A stretch of 64,000 nucleotides of DNA from Cetorhinus maximus (Eukaryota), in the NCBI RefSeq assembly GCF_964194155.1, contig NC_135898.1, positions 53,754,001 through 53,818,000 of the forward strand, read 5' to 3'. This document shows positions 11,736 through 25,646 of this stretch, piece by piece. How positions within the stretch are numbered: the first letter of the stretch is position 1; every line of letters starts with the position of its first letter. The translations under genes and the position numbers were made by a program. The notes beneath the pieces were generated by a model. The model was not told where the DNA came from. It saw only the letters and a list, made by a program, of their open reading frames with translations, and searched no databases.

Positions 11736-14360
11736 GTAAGTTTTTAAATTATATTCTTGTGATTTTCCCTCTCTTTCTGGAACTTGCTCGGGTAGCATGT
11801 TGCTAATTAACCGTCCGATTATTGCCTAATCTGTTACATGTACCTTGTCAAAGTGTAACATCTGCAGGGTCCTGAAGAGCTGTAATGGGAGGAAAGGTGC
11901 TTTGCAGCACCGTTTCAGGAACTGCCTTAGACATGCTCAACTATCATGTGTCCAAAGTAACAGGATGACAGAGGTGTTCAGCATTTATCCCAAGAAGGCC
12001 TGCTGATGGATCTTCAATCCGATGCTGCAGCAATGGTTGGTTACCTCGTGTTACAATGGCTCATTTTATTTTGTTTTTCAAAGCCACAAGCTCATTTTCC
12101 ACAGCAGTTTGCTGCTACAGCTGCACTGACCACAAACCTTTCCCAGCTGTTGATGAGCTGCCCATCATGCTAATGTTGGGAGAATAAAGGTTTTGAATAT
12201 ATTACATCAGAAGACAAATATTTAATGATATATTGGTAAACATTTCTAAAACAAGCTAAATGGGGGCGATGCAGGAGACTGATTTGACAGCTGTCCTGAT
12301 GTTGGTGCTTTATTTTTGCAGTTGTATTAAATATCTTACTGAAAGAGCAGAGAGTGAAATAAACCCTCAGCTACTTTTCAGTGAGAGCAAAAACCATCAA
12401 AACTGATGTGAACAAAGAATTTATTTAGTCTTTCATTGGAATAGATGGAATTACTTATATATGTTGGAGCATGTTATAAATGACACGTTTCCTTGAACAG
12501 GAGTAATATGAAAAGCAAAACAGGAACGCCTTCTTGAGGTGCAGCTAAAGAAATTTACTTGCGCTTACTGATAGATTTTTCTCTTCAAGTTAAATTTTTA
12601 AGAACTCAAACAGAATAAGTTAGATTGTTCTGGTAATTAGTCCCTTACACACTGCCCTGCTGTAAGAATGAGGGTTCAATTCAGATGTTTGACTTGACCC
12701 AAAATAATGCCATTCACTTACTTTGATAAAATGCTTGGTGAAAACATAATCGGAAGTGCTGAATTGTGTGTGGTGAATATATGTCACATTGTAGGCTTGA
12801 GAAAAAAACTGTTGGACTGAGTCTTACATCATCAGGATTGGTTTGAACACTCAAGCTGTGTAATGACCAGTTTTGTTTGGGCAATCTATTTACTGAATAG
12901 ATGAGCTGCTAAATTCTTTATGGTATTGGTTTGGAAAGGTTTCGGAATCTGTATTAACACCCACGCTTAATTCTTCATCATTCCTGGGTTTATGACTGTA
13001 TCTCCACTACTGGAATACGTATCCTAAGAGGTCTACTCAGTAACTCTTTCCAGCCCAGTGCTGTTAGCATCCACTATTTAAACTATTCAAAGACTGACAG
13101 TAGATGAATAAAAGAAAAAGAATGGCAACTGATTTTCAAAAAAATGTTCCTAATGATAATACTCCCTTGTTATTAATCGGCCAAAGCTGAGAGCACAACT
13201 GGGTGATTGTGCTTTCTTGTGATCAGTGCTTGGAAGTTTCTTTAAAAGTTACTCAGTACATAAATGCGCAGCACTTTTGTTTAATTCTCCTCAATTGAAC
13301 TTATTCACAAAAAACTGTTCTTTGAACTGTAACCTACAGGAAATGAATCCCACCAAGGAACAAGTACCCCATTCATTTGGAAAGGAGTTCATTAGTTGGG
13401 GTGGGAAAAGAGCTCCAGTAAAGGATTAGACACTGGAGATCACTGCCAGCAGGAAATCAGGTGGCAGGAGCTGGTAAATACTTCCCTATTGTGCAGTTAT
13501 GCCAGGGAGCAGGCATAATTGCAAAAGAAAATCTGTCCAACAGGCATCAGTGTGAGTGAGTCTTTTTCAGTCTAAGTTAAATTAAATTAGTGCGGTCAGA
13601 TCCAGGCCATCTTTAATTATTTCAGATGATAGTTACCTCAACTGGTGATTTCACAACCATATGTGCATACTTTACTTTTAAGGGATGAGATCAGATGTAG
13701 GCTATCATGCATCATCAGCTCCTTAAAAGTACAAGTATACAATCTTGTGATTAAATCCCTGATTGAAATAGCTATCACCTCGCTGGTCTGTACAAGTATT
13801 TGTGTTTTTTGTTTTAACTTGTTTTGTTCTGAGAAGTGATCCCTAAAGATCCACAATGGGTATGGCCTCCTGTACAGTACCATCTCCTTCCCTCTTCTTG
13901 AAGCTACTCCTGTTCTCTCCTGATTCCAGCGCTGCTCCCACTTGTCCTCCAGCCCTAAAGCAGAGCTACCAGACCAACCAATATGGAATGAAACTGCTTG
14001 TTAAGCAAACAAAAAACCCAGCACAAAATTGTTTGTAGAATTCAGAATAGAGCTACAGAATATAGAAAAGAGCCAGCAAAGAAAAAAGGCCCAGAAGTTA
14101 ACTGGCATTCTAAGAAGGCAAAGCAGCAACTAACCTGTATGGAGTGGATTGGCATTTAAATAGTGCTGCTGCATGGACTTTGCTGCTGATTAGAGCCATA
14201 ATTTGCTAGGTGCATCAGTCACCAGACCAACTTCATGAGCAAATCTTACAATAAGCTTAGGGCTTTTATATAAATATTATGATGAAGCATTTAAATCATT
14301 CTGTTAACACCAAAATTCCAGAATAAACCATTAGGCAGCACATCACTCAAAAATGTAATA

Positions 14361-14982
14361 GGCCAGATTTTGCTGAAAATATAAGTGTCTGAATGGTGTT
14401 TGCCATTACAAATGTGCAAATTGGCCGACAAAGAAGACATGATTGACAAATGACTGACCAATTTGCACCACTCCACTTTTAAGCAGCTTTCCCATTTCAC
14501 TGCCTATGGTTTTAATGAATTTTTTAACAATGTGATTTAAGACAGCCAATCAATTTTCCTACTCAGAAAGTGAATAATTAAATGTGTGGCATGTCATTCC
14601 TGTAGGTAGTCAATTGCGTTCAGAGATTTTAGAAGTGTCAAATCTTTAAGTTTTTTTCCTTACTTTTCCTTTGTCTTTTTTCTGTCTCTTACTCCAATCT
14701 TTCTTTCCCCCATCTTCAGTTAACTTTCTGTCATTGATTTCATCCACTTTATTACTAGCTCTTTCTTAGTCCTTCCTCTGTTTATTTCTCAACCCTTTAA
14801 CCTCATTGTTTAAGGAGTTACAATGTTTGTCCCATTTTTCACCAAGGCCCCAGATACCCTGCCGCCCTCACTGTGCCATTAGCAGCAACTTTGTGGACAA
14901 AAAATGTTAATACCTAAATATACACGCCAAGCCTAAGTAATGTGGTACATTATGAGATGCCCCATTCCAGCAAAACCTGGCC
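14361..14982. mobile_element. MITE with 15-bp TIRs
   Basis: ggccagattttgctg at 14361 and cagcaaaacctggcc at 14968-14982 are 14/15 complementary. A related decayed copy starts near 23121. No TSD seen. Confidence 0.7.
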
Positions 14983-15097
14983 TGCTATAAGTTACTTTTG
15001 ATACGCATTTTGCCCAGGTGAGGTAAGAACTGAACTGATGTAGCTCACCCTATGTGAATTATCACTCTTGCCAGGATTGCCATTATCAGGAAGTCTA

Positions 15098-15229
15098 GGG
15101 GTGGGAGTTTCCAGCCCCACCCGCTACCGCCAGGATTGTCTGGTCCCGCCAAAAGCCCATGGACTTTTCCCTGGGTTGCCGAATCTCCCGCAGTGGGCCC
15201 AGCCACGACGGGGCCGGAAAATCCCTGCC
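15098..15229. mobile_element. Short (about 130 bp) MITE, same family as 48426-48570
   Basis: Ends gggtgggagtttccagcccc and ggggccggaaaatccctgcc. The interior resembles the reverse complement of 48426-48570. Confidence 0.6.
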
Positions 15230-16729
15230 AAGGTCTTTTGTTGCCCTAGTTTCCTGGGCATTGGCCCGCTTTCGGCAGAATGAGAAAGTAAATGAGTCGA
15301 AAAGTAATACTCCTCAGTGTTCAGAAAAGGCCAGAGTTCGTATGGACCCCACTGTGTAGACAGCAGCTAATGCAATTTGCCCATGATATGCAGTGGATGG
15401 AAAAACCACTTCGTAACTGCCCCTCCTAATCGTTAGCAGTTGCTACCAAAATCTCAGCGTTAATCACACACACATAAGGTGCAAGCAGCTAATTGAAACT
15501 TTTTAAAGGACCTAACATTGGTTGAAATCAGAGTACAGGGTAAATACTTATTGAACTGCCTGAAATAATTGGCATGCTTAATCTGTTATAAGTGGTGCCT
15601 TTGTAATTGACTCCTATAATAATAGCAAATAGATAAGGCCATTTGCCCAATATAGGTGGCTGCCTGTGGCATGAGGATAGTGTGAATGGTGGGGACTATA
15701 ATCAGTTTAATCAGTTCTAGCGAGGAGGAAAATTCATATCCCTATCAATCTGACCCTGAATATTTTAGAAAGTGCACAAACTCGAGGATAAAAATAGAAA
15801 TTCTTGTCGTTGTGCCATTTTGTGCTATTTCTATTATTTGGAGAGTCTGGCATTTTAATGACACAACTGCATGTGAACCTATACACTTGGTAGAAAGATC
15901 TGCCCCTTACTGAATTGCTAGTATTGAATTTGCCATGCTTTAAATATTACACTTCAAAGCATATAAGCAAAACCTGAAAAAATAAATAAAAGTATACTCA
16001 TATTGGCCACTTTGGTTGAAAATGCTGGGAACACATAAGGCCATAACAGTGCAGGTCACATATCACATTGTACAGGCCATATCAGGAACTGGAGGAGTTT
16101 CAGCTGTATCAAGCAAAACACTGGCGAAGACTGTGGGAAAATGAGCAGCAGTAGTTATCATCTGGAACCAGAGCCTGAATTCCCTGGTATTCATGCACAT
16201 TAAATAGCGAAGCAGTATCTTACAACGTCAAATGTGTCTTAACCATTTGAGTGCCAGTTTGATAACAATTATCAGGACACCTTAACAATGGAATTTTAAA
16301 AATTTGACTTATTCAGAAGATAAATTTATGATGAAGAGGGACAAATACAAATGACAGAAAATAGATCATCCTACCTCCTGTTGTTGATGATTCTCTTCGT
16401 GCAATTAACAATATTCAACACCTTTTTTTAAACATTTTCTTAACCGTAAGTTTGTTCAATGGTGAAAAAGAAATGGCCATCGTTATTTATCAAATCTCTC
16501 ATGTCAAGGATAAAAAAATCTCTCCATTAGCTATTAGCAGTTCCCAAAGAGATCATGGATATGTGGATGCAAATAATTGTGCAACTCAACTGGCAGCTGG
16601 GTTTTGCTGGTTAAACAGATAACAAAAAATAAAAATCCTCCACCCTCTTTCTAACTGATTAGCTATTTCTATTACTGACTTAATGACTGCACCCCAGACA
16701 AACCAAGAACCATCAAAAATACTCACCAT

Positions 16730-16870
16730 TGTCTCGTTGAGAGATGAAAGGGGGCCTGAAATGTTAACTTTGTTTCTCTCCCCACAAATGATGCCTGACC
16801 TGCTAAGTATTCCCAGTACTTTCTGGTTTTATTTCGGATTTCCAGCGTACGCAGTATTTTGCTTTTGTAT
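16730..16870 (+). repeat. Penelope terminal-repeat remnant
   Basis: ctgaaatgttaact...tttctctccccaca..tgatgcctgacctgctaagtatt...gatttccagcg resembles 36150-36230. Confidence 0.65.
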
Positions 16871-17715
16871 TAAGGTTAAGGGGAGATTTAATACAGGTGC
16901 TCAAAATCATGAAGCTTTTGGTAAAATAAATGAAGAGCAACTTCTTTCCACTATATCCTCAGTGTTGGCGACCTGAGGTTACAGATTTAAGGTCATTGGC
17001 AAAAGAGCCAGAGAAAAGAGAGCCTTGCGTTTATATAGCGCCTTTCATGACCTCGGGAAGCCCCAAAGCACTTTGCTGTCAAATAAGTATTTTTGAAGTG
17101 TTCTCACTGTTGTAATGTAGGAAACACAGCAGTAAATTTGCATACAGCAAGCTCCCACAAACAGCAATGTGACAATGGCCAGATAATCTGCTTTTTTCTG
17201 ATGTTGATTGTGGGATAAATATTGGCCAGGGCTGGGGCTAACTCTCCCGCTCTTCTTCAAAGTAGTGCCATGAGAGTTTTACATCCACCTGAGAGAGCAG
17301 ACAGGGCAGAGTTTAATGTCTCACTTGAAAGACAGCGCCTGAAACAGTGCAGCACCCCCTCAGTATTGCATTGGAGTGTCAGTCTGGAGTTTTATGTCAG
17401 TCACTGGAGTGGGATTTGAATCTACAACCTTCTGACTTGGATGGAAGAGTACTATCACTGCACCATGGCTCAGAGGTTAGATGAGGAGAATTTTTTTATG
17501 GATTGTTATTGTGATCTGGAATGCACAGCCTCAAAGAGTAGAAGAATCATATTCAATAATAACTTTCAAAAGGTAATTGGATAAATACTTAAAGGGGAGA
17601 AAATTGCAGGGTTTTTGGGAAAGAGTGGGGGAGTGGGATTAATTGGCAAGTTCTTTCAAAGCGCTGGCAAAGGCACAATGGGCCGAATGCCCTCAGTCTC
17701 TGCTGTAAGATTCTG
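16870..17715 (+). repeat. CR1 3' fragment interrupted by a SINE
   Basis: CR1 ORF2 end at 16870-17010 resumes at about 17472 and runs to a ggccgaatg...gattct tail. Confidence 0.65.
17020..17472 (-). mobile_element. Deu-domain SINE
   Basis: Near-complete copy with the core ttttacatccacctgagagagcagacaggg...tttaatgtctca...gaaagac. tRNA-like A and B boxes are on the minus strand at the right end. Confidence 0.8.
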
Positions 17716-19421
17716 AGGGCAGGACTTTGTCAAGATTGTAGGGACCACGATGTTGGGCCCAATTCCTGGTCAGAAACCTGGAAGTGGCTGTGGCGGGAGA
17801 TTGGTCAATGTCTTACTGGATGTGCTTAGTAAGAAGCCCCCTCCAGGAGCCCTATCCAGTTAAGAACAACAAGAGAACCAAGGAACCAGCAGGCTCAATA
17901 GGAAGGCCTGCAGCAATATCCAGCTCGCAAGCCCACCAGGAGAGCTGGATGCTGCCAATTCAGGTAGGAGAACGCAAGGGCACTTCAAAATAGAAATGCC
18001 CTCTGATGAGTTTTAAAAGTTTAAAATATAAGTGTGGCGACAACTGCCAGGCCATAAGCATGGAGGGGGAGCCCCTGAACAGGATGGCCTGCAGTCACAG
18101 CTGTGGCCCTCTTAAATCCGCGGCTCCTGGCGGACTAGGATTTAAAGGAGAACTTGTTGGCATCTCCAGGCAACAGCCGGGCTTTGGCCTCTGCAGGTGG
18201 GGGGGTGCGGGGAAGTGCTTCCTGCCAGCAGGAGGATATCTGTGGTGTCACCAAATTGGCCACAAGTGGGGTCTTAATTGAGCCAAATTAGCTATCCACT
18301 GCTGCTGGACTGGTACTGGTGCCAGTTAAACCCTATCTGTGGGAAGATCACTGAGAGGCAGAATTGCATTGGGGAGCCGCCCCAACATTTGCTCTCAGGC
18401 CAGCGCCCAAACCCATCTCTGTGGGACCTGGAAAATTCTGCACTATGAATCAATGAACTCCAAGGAAATGGACCATGACACCTGTATACTACAGGCCAAA
18501 ATAATATTTTGCAAACAATAAAATATGATTGTAGACAATCTTCATACAGGTTAGCAACATGACTTCGTAATAGCACTAGTGAAATTTATCACTTTAATTT
18601 GGTGGTGAGCTATTACATTTTATACAAAGCGAGACATAGGTAAGGTTTGATTTCGCTAGCTGCTAGAATCTCCAAATCTTGCCATCCTTGAGCAGGACTT
18701 ACAGTCCATTGCCAGGTACTATTACCTGCCTCAGGTGATACTGATTTATAATGACATTATGGCATCACCCACATCACTGGATGGATCCCAGGATTACAGT
18801 GCTGTCTGTTTTGCTCCCCTCCCTTCTCACCAAGCCCCATGTAACAGTCTCCAAGTGAAAATAACATTTTCCAATTAATGCTTACACATGAGACTTTTTT
18901 GCATTAAGCCAACAAAATAACCTAAACAGTTTGCATTCAGTATTTCTTTTTCAGGTGGTAAAGGATCTCTGAGACAAATGGTTTCGTAATCTGATATAAA
19001 AAGAAAAGGCTTGCATAGAGGACTTAACATCTATTCAACCTTTACCAGCCAGTGCGCAGGGATAAAACAAAATATTGGTACATGAATCAGAACACATAAA
19101 TTCTTTATTGTGATAGTTCCGCTTGAATATGCAGTAATCCAGCATTTTAGACCCTGCGTAAGCCTGTGAAAGGGATCTGTTTTGCGGTTGGGTGTTTTGC
19201 TGGGCAGTGTGCCATTTACAGTAACATTAACAGCTTTCAGGGCTAAATTCCACTGCAATGGAAGTTTGTAATTCAATGTATCTTATCTCTGGCAGCAGAA
19301 TCTACAGTTAAATTTTGTGATTGCTTTCTTTTTGATATATCAAAACCACAGTTTGCACTTGACTTTTAAATTGGGGTCATCACCAAATATGTTTCAAATT
19401 ACTTAAATTCTTATTCAAATC

Positions 19422-19928
19422 ATGGTAGTTGTAGGGGATTCTATTATTAGGGGAATTGATAGTATCCTTTGTAAGCAGGATCGAGAGTCCCGCATGGTAT
19501 GTTGCCTGCCCGGTGCCAGGCTGAGGGACATCTCTGACCTGCTTGAAAGGATATTGGAGAGGGAGGGGGAGGATCCAGTTGTTGTGGTCCACGTCGGGAC
19601 AAATAACATAGGTAAGACTAGGAAAGAGGACCTGTTTGGGGATTATCAGGAACTAGGAACTAAATTAAAGAACAGGTCCTCAAGGGTTATAATCTCTGGA
19701 TTACTACCCGAGCCACGTGCAAATTGGCATAGGGACGCGAGAATAAGGGAAGTAAACACGTGGCTAAAGGAGTGGTGCGGGAAAGAGGGGTTCCATTTCG
19801 TGGGGCACTGGCATCAGTATTGGAACAGGAGGGATCTGTACCATTGGGACTGTCTCCACCTGAACCGATCTGGGACCAATGTTCTAGCGAAAAGGGTAAA
19901 TAGGGTGGTCAACAGGACTTTAAACTAG
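19422..19928 (+). pseudogene. CR1 ORF1 SGNH/GDSL esterase domain
   Basis: VVGDSIIRG, VHVGTNNI and DCLHLN motifs in a 168-aa open frame. Confidence 0.9.
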
Positions 19929-20169
19929 AAAGTTGGGGGGGGGGAGGGAAGGGTAAAACTCCAAGAAGTATGACTAATGGGAAACAAAGCAGCAGGTTAG
20001 CGTGTTGGGGGGGTGGATTCAACTTCATGGAAAATTATGAAAAAGCTGAAAAAAAAGGAGAGCCCAGGAGAGGCTATTAAAGTCTCCAGAACACAAAATA
20101 GGACAGAGTGTTTGGAAAGGGCTAGGAATCTAACTTCAAGCACATCAGATAAAGGGACGACAATGAGAA

Positions 20170-22959
20170 AGGGGACAGGAAATACAGGACTGAAGGTGTT
20201 GTATCTGAATGCAAGCAGTATACGAAATAAGGTAAATGAGCTTGTGGTGCAGATTGAAATTGGCAGGTATGATGTGGTGGGCATCACGGAGACATGGCTG
20301 CAAGGGGATCAGGACTGGGAGCTAAATATCCAAGGATATACATCCTATTAAAAAGATAGGCAGGTTGGCAGAGGGGGTGGGGTTGCTTTGTTAGTAAGAA
20401 ATTAAATTAAATCGATAGCAAGAAACGATGTAGGGTCAGATGGTGTAGATTCTGTGTGGTAGAGTTGAGGAACCACAAAGGTAAAAAAACCATAATGGGA
20501 ATTATGTACAGGCCTCCGAACAGTAGTCAGGATGTGGGACACAAGATACACCAAGAGATAGAAAAGGTGTGTAAGAAAGGCATGGTTACAGTGATCATGG
20601 GGGATTTCAATATGCAGGTAGACTGAGAAAATCAGGTTGGTAGTGGATCCCAAGAAAAGGAATTTGTGGAATGTCTACGAGATGGCTTTTTGGAGCAGCT
20701 TGTGGTGGAGCCCACTAGGGAACAGGCAATTCTAGATTTAGTGATGTGTAATGAGGCAAATTTGATAAAGGATCTTAAGGTGAAGGAACCCTTAGGAGGA
20801 ATTGACCATAATATGATAGAATTTACCCTGCAATTTGAGAGGAAAATGCTGGAATCAGATGTAACGGTATTACAGCTGAATAAAGGCAACTACAGAGGCA
20901 TGAGGGAGGAGCTGGCCAGAATTGACTGGGAGATGAGCCTAGCAGGAAAGACAGTGGAACAGCAATGGCAGGAGTTTCTGGGAGTAATTTGGGAGACACA
21001 GCAAAAATTCATCCGTAGGAAGAAGAAGCATACTAAAGGGAGGACAAGGCAACCATGGCTGACAAGGTAAGTCAAGGACAGCATAAAAGCTAAAGAGAAA
21101 GCATACAATGTGGCGAAGAGCAGTGGGAAGCCAGGGGATTGGGAAGCCTACAAAGACCAACAGAGGACAACTAAAAAAGAAATAAGGAGGGAGAAGATTA
21201 AATATGAGGGTAAACTAGCCAGTAATATAAAAGAAGATTGCAAGAGGTTTTTTAGATATATAAAGGGTAAGAGAGAGGCAAAAGTGGACATTGGGCCGCT
21301 GGAAAATGATGCTGGAGAAGTAGTAGTGGGGAACAAAGAAATGGTGGAGGAACTGAATAGGTACTTTGCGTCAGTCTTCACGGTGGAAGACACGAGTAAC
21401 ATCCCCAAAGTTCAAGAGAGTCGGGGGGCAGAGGTGAGTATGGTGGCCATTACCAAGGAGAAGGTGCTAGGAAAACTGAAAGGTCTGAAGGTGGATAAAT
21501 CACCTGGACCAGATGGATTACACCCCAGAGTTCTGAAGGAGATAGCTGAAGAGATAGTGGAGGCGTTAGTGGTGATCTTTCAGGAATCACTTGAGTCAGG
21601 GAGAGTCCCAGGGGACTGGAAAATCGCTAATGTAACCCCCCTGTTTAAGAAGGGAGTGAGGCAAAAGACGAGAAATTACAGGCCGATTAGCCTGACCTCG
21701 GTCGTTGGTAAGATTTTAGAGTCCATTATTAAGGATGAGATTTCAGAATACTTGGAAGTACATGGTAAAATAGGGCAACGTCAGCATGGTTTCATCAAGG
21801 GGAGGTCATACCTGACAAATCTGTTAGAATTCTTTGAGGAGGTAACAAGCAGGTTAGACGAAGGAGAGCCAATGGATGTTATCTACTTGGACTTCCAGAA
21901 GGCCTTTGACAAGGTGCCACACAGGAGACTGCTCAGTAAGATAAGAGCCCATGGTGTTAGAGGGAAGATGCTAGCATGGATAGAAGATTGGCTGTCTGGC
22001 AGGAGGCAGAGAATGGGGATAAGGGGGTCCTTCTCAGGATGGCGGCCAGTGACTAGTGGAGTTCCGCAGCAGTCAGTGTTGGGACCACAACTTCTCACTT
22101 TATACATTAATGATCTAGATGAAGGAACTGAGGGCATTCTGGCTAAGTTTGCAGATGATACAAAGATAGGTGGAGGGACAGGTAGTATTGAGGAGGTGGG
22201 GAGGCTGCAGAAGGATTTAGGAGAATGAGCAAAGAAGTGGCAGATGGAATACAACGTGGGGAAGTGTGAGGTCATGCACTTTGGTAGGAAGAATAGAGGC
22301 ATTAACTATTTTCTAAATGGGGAGAGAATTCAGAAATCTGGAGTGCAAAGGGACTTGGGAGTCCTAGTCCAGGATTCTCTTGAGGTTAACTTGCAGGTTG
22401 AGTCGGTAGTTAGGAAGGCAAATGCAATGTTGGCATTTATTTTGAGAGGACTAGAATATAAAAGCTGAGGCTTTATAAGGCTCTGGTCAGACCACATTTA
22501 GAATATTGTGAGCAATTTTGGGCCCTGTATCTCAGGAAGGGTGTTCTGGCCCTGGATAGGGTCCAGAGGAGGTTCACGAGAATGATCCCAGGAATGAAAG
22601 GCTTAACATATGAAGAACGTTTGAGGACTCTGGGTCTATACTCGATGGAGTTTAGAAGGATAAGGGGGGATCTTATTGAAACTTACAGAATACTGAAAAG
22701 CCTGGATAGAGTGGATGTGGGGAAGATGTTTCCATTAGTAGGAGAGACTAGAACCCGCGGGCACAGCCTCAGAGTAAAGGGAAGACTTTTTAGAACAGAG
22801 ATGAGGAGACACTTATTTAGCCAGAGAGTGGTGAATCAATGGAATTCATTGCCACAGAAGGCTGTGGAGGCCAGGTCATTGAGTGTATTTAAGACCAAGA
22901 TAGATAGGTTCTTGATTGGTAAGGGGATCAAAGGTTACGGGGAGAAGGCGGGAGAATGA
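20170..22959 (+). pseudogene. CR1 ORF2 endonuclease/reverse transcriptase, disrupted
   Basis: ORF fragments 20013-20351, 20666-21070, 21110-22228, 22244-22468 and 22582-22959 are collinear pieces of one ORF2. Confidence 0.93.
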
Positions 22960-23809
22960 GATTGAGAAACTTATCAGCCATGATTGAATGGCGGGGCAGA
23001 CTCGATGGGCCAAATGGCCTAATTTCTGCTCCTATGTCTTATGGTCTAAATACCACAAATATTTTATTCACATAGATGCAAGCCTTTGATGTTTCAAAGT
23101 TTAATCGTAAAGTTTGATCATGGCACAGATTTTGCAGTTTGCAATAATGCTAAAACTGTCAGTGCTCTCCATCATTACTCTGCGAAACTGACAGCAACTT
23201 CTGGCATTTGCGCATGAGCAGTTAAATGTGGAAATCCAGAAGTTGCCATCAGTGATTTCCTGCTCCTCTACAGGGTGCACTGTTGAAGTCCTGGCAGATG
23301 GAACTTAATTAGAAATTGCTGATTCAATGTGAACTTCTATTTTTATGTATTAGTTTCACTGTAAAAACCCCAGAAAATGTTACACCTCGTTGAATGAGCT
23401 GTAACTGATTTTACTGCCATACTGGGTCATAATTACTCATGAACAACCTCTCAGGCTCTGAAAAACTTATATTTGTGGAATGTTAAATGTCTCCATTCCA
23501 TGCTACAAATTCCATAGATTTTTAAAATAATGTTTTTAAAGTTTGCTTGCAATATTTCAGCTTCTACCTTAACCCCATGTTTATGCTCCAACCTTTGTTT
23601 TGCTTTCTGTAAAATTATAAGTGAGTGATACACTCTACTGTTTCTGCCTAATTTTCTCTCTGTGAGAACTCTTCAATGTGATTGGTTGCTTAAACTGCTT
23701 GGTGACACCACTGTGGCTGGATGTCAGATATTTGTCAGAATGAAATTTATGTCGGGGAAGGTGAAATCAACACCTCAAAGATTGCTAGATCCTTGTGGGC
23801 AGCTCCTCT

Positions 23810-24340
23810 TGACGGTGGGTGGAGATTAGGAATTGCAAGAGTTAGAAAATGCTGGTGGTAGTAGTTTATAGACCCCTTAACAGTAATTATACTGTTGGAC
23901 AGGGCATTAAACAATAAATTATTGGAGTGTGTAACAAAGACAATGTAATAATTGTGGAGGACTTTAATCTTCATACAGACTGGTTCCCAATCAAATTGGC
24001 AAGGGTGGCCTCAAAGATGAGTTTGTACAATGTTTTTATGACTGTTTCCTGGGGCAAAAGGTTGTGGAACCAATTCAGGATGAAGCTATTTTAGATCTAG
24101 TATTATGTAATGAGGCAGCGTTTATTAATAACCTCATAGTAAAAGATCTGCTGATCGTAATACAATTGAATTACATGTTAAGTTTGAAATCAACATACAC
24201 CAATCACAAACAAGAATCTTACATTTAAACAAAGCCAATTAAATAGGTTTGAGAGAAGAACTGGCTAAGGTTGAATGGGTAAACAGACTAAAAGATATGG
24301 CCGTAAATGAACTGTGGGAAACATTCAAAGGAACAACTAA
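23810..24340 (+). repeat. Old CR1 ORF2 fragment (endonuclease C-terminal part)
   Basis: gactttaat, ttttagatctagtattatgtaatgaggca and gaactggctaaggttgaatggg parallel 20600-20930. Confidence 0.75.
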
Positions 24341-25646
24341 AGACAGAACTTAATCCCCCCACCCACCCCCCTCCCCCACCCCTGAGTTCTCCAACACAAT
24401 ATCCCAGCTCCCAACAGTGTTTAAAGGTCCCCTAAACCTTACCCCTCACGTGCATCACCGCACCACCCCCCCCCCCCACCCATTGCCCCATGCTAGCCAC
24501 CTTGGGGCCCTGCATGTATCGTCCATAGCCAATCACCCAGTTTTCACTGTACAGTCCTCAGATTCCATGTAATATCAATGGAAAATATTTTCCATCCCTT
24601 GCATGAATAAATAAACTCACCATCTAATAGAAGTCTCCTTGTCATTGGTTTTGAGAGAAAATGCATGCCATGTGAAAATAAACCTTGTAATATTTGTGAT
24701 CCTTTTGGTTTCTGGTTTGTTGACACAAACTATGTCAAAGGGACATAATACAAATTCATGAAACTGTCATTCATTCTCAAATGAATGGAATACCTATTGT
24801 GCTGAAACCCATTAGCACTTGAAATTCAGCCAAGCATTAATAATGGCCATAGCTGTCCAGACAATAAGCTGCTCTCTGGGGAGGAAAGAACCAAAGGTGC
24901 TCATTTCATTTTCACAGCAGAGTGCCTGTCAATCAATGTAAGCGATCAGGTGGTTAGATTTTTTTTCAAGTAGAGGTTTTTTCCAGCCAAAACCATTTTT
25001 AAAAAAAATCAGCCAGAATCATTTAAATCACAGCAAAAAAGATGAAAGCACAGGCTGACAGGATATTTTGTAACATGTTTAACTGCATTATGGTGCTTTC
25101 TCCATTGGAAAAGCACTAATGGATGTGAACAAAAACACAACATTGGTCAATGTAAGGGTCAACTTTGCTGGTCAGATCCCTGTGATGAATCACTGCATTA
25201 AAACACATTTACATTATAATATAGCACCTATGAAGGTGAAAACACTTTACACATATCTTTCAGAATATCACATACTCCTTAGCAGGTTTTCCATTTGATT
25301 CACAAACTCTCAAACCTAGCATGTTTTTAATGGGCTTCCAAAACCCTACACTACCAGATGGAAATGGTGTGTGGGAGGAAATCTGATTTTCACCCACATT
25401 CAAAATGAGGAACCCAATTTCAGTGAAGTGGATGTGCATTTTGCAAACTAGGCATTCTTGACTTGCAAAAGGGTCAGAACAAAATGGCGTGTGGCTGGAA
25501 ATACAGAGGAAAATCAGATATCCTCCAGGAAAACTAAGTGTGACCATCCACACACAGAAATGCACCTCTGTACCCTGATGAGAATTTGGCTCTTGATCTC
25601 TATATTTCAGGAAGTACATACTTACAGTGGAGGCAGTACAGCCAAT

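Larger units (their letters stand above)
19421..23047 (+). mobile_element. Near full-length CR1 LINE (5'-truncated within ORF1)
   Basis: ORF1 esterase, then endonuclease (YLNASSIRNK, GITETWL, MGDFN, LDLV..DH), then RT (YRPISLTS, YLDFQKAFDKVPH, GVPQ, FADD). 3' tail is cctatgtcttatggtct. A few stops and frameshifts. Confidence 0.96.

Noticed and set aside
21883-22302. Antisense ORFs over LINE RT regions (also 63311-63649)
   Set aside because: Shadow ORFs on the opposite strand of CR1 ORF2, not independent genes.
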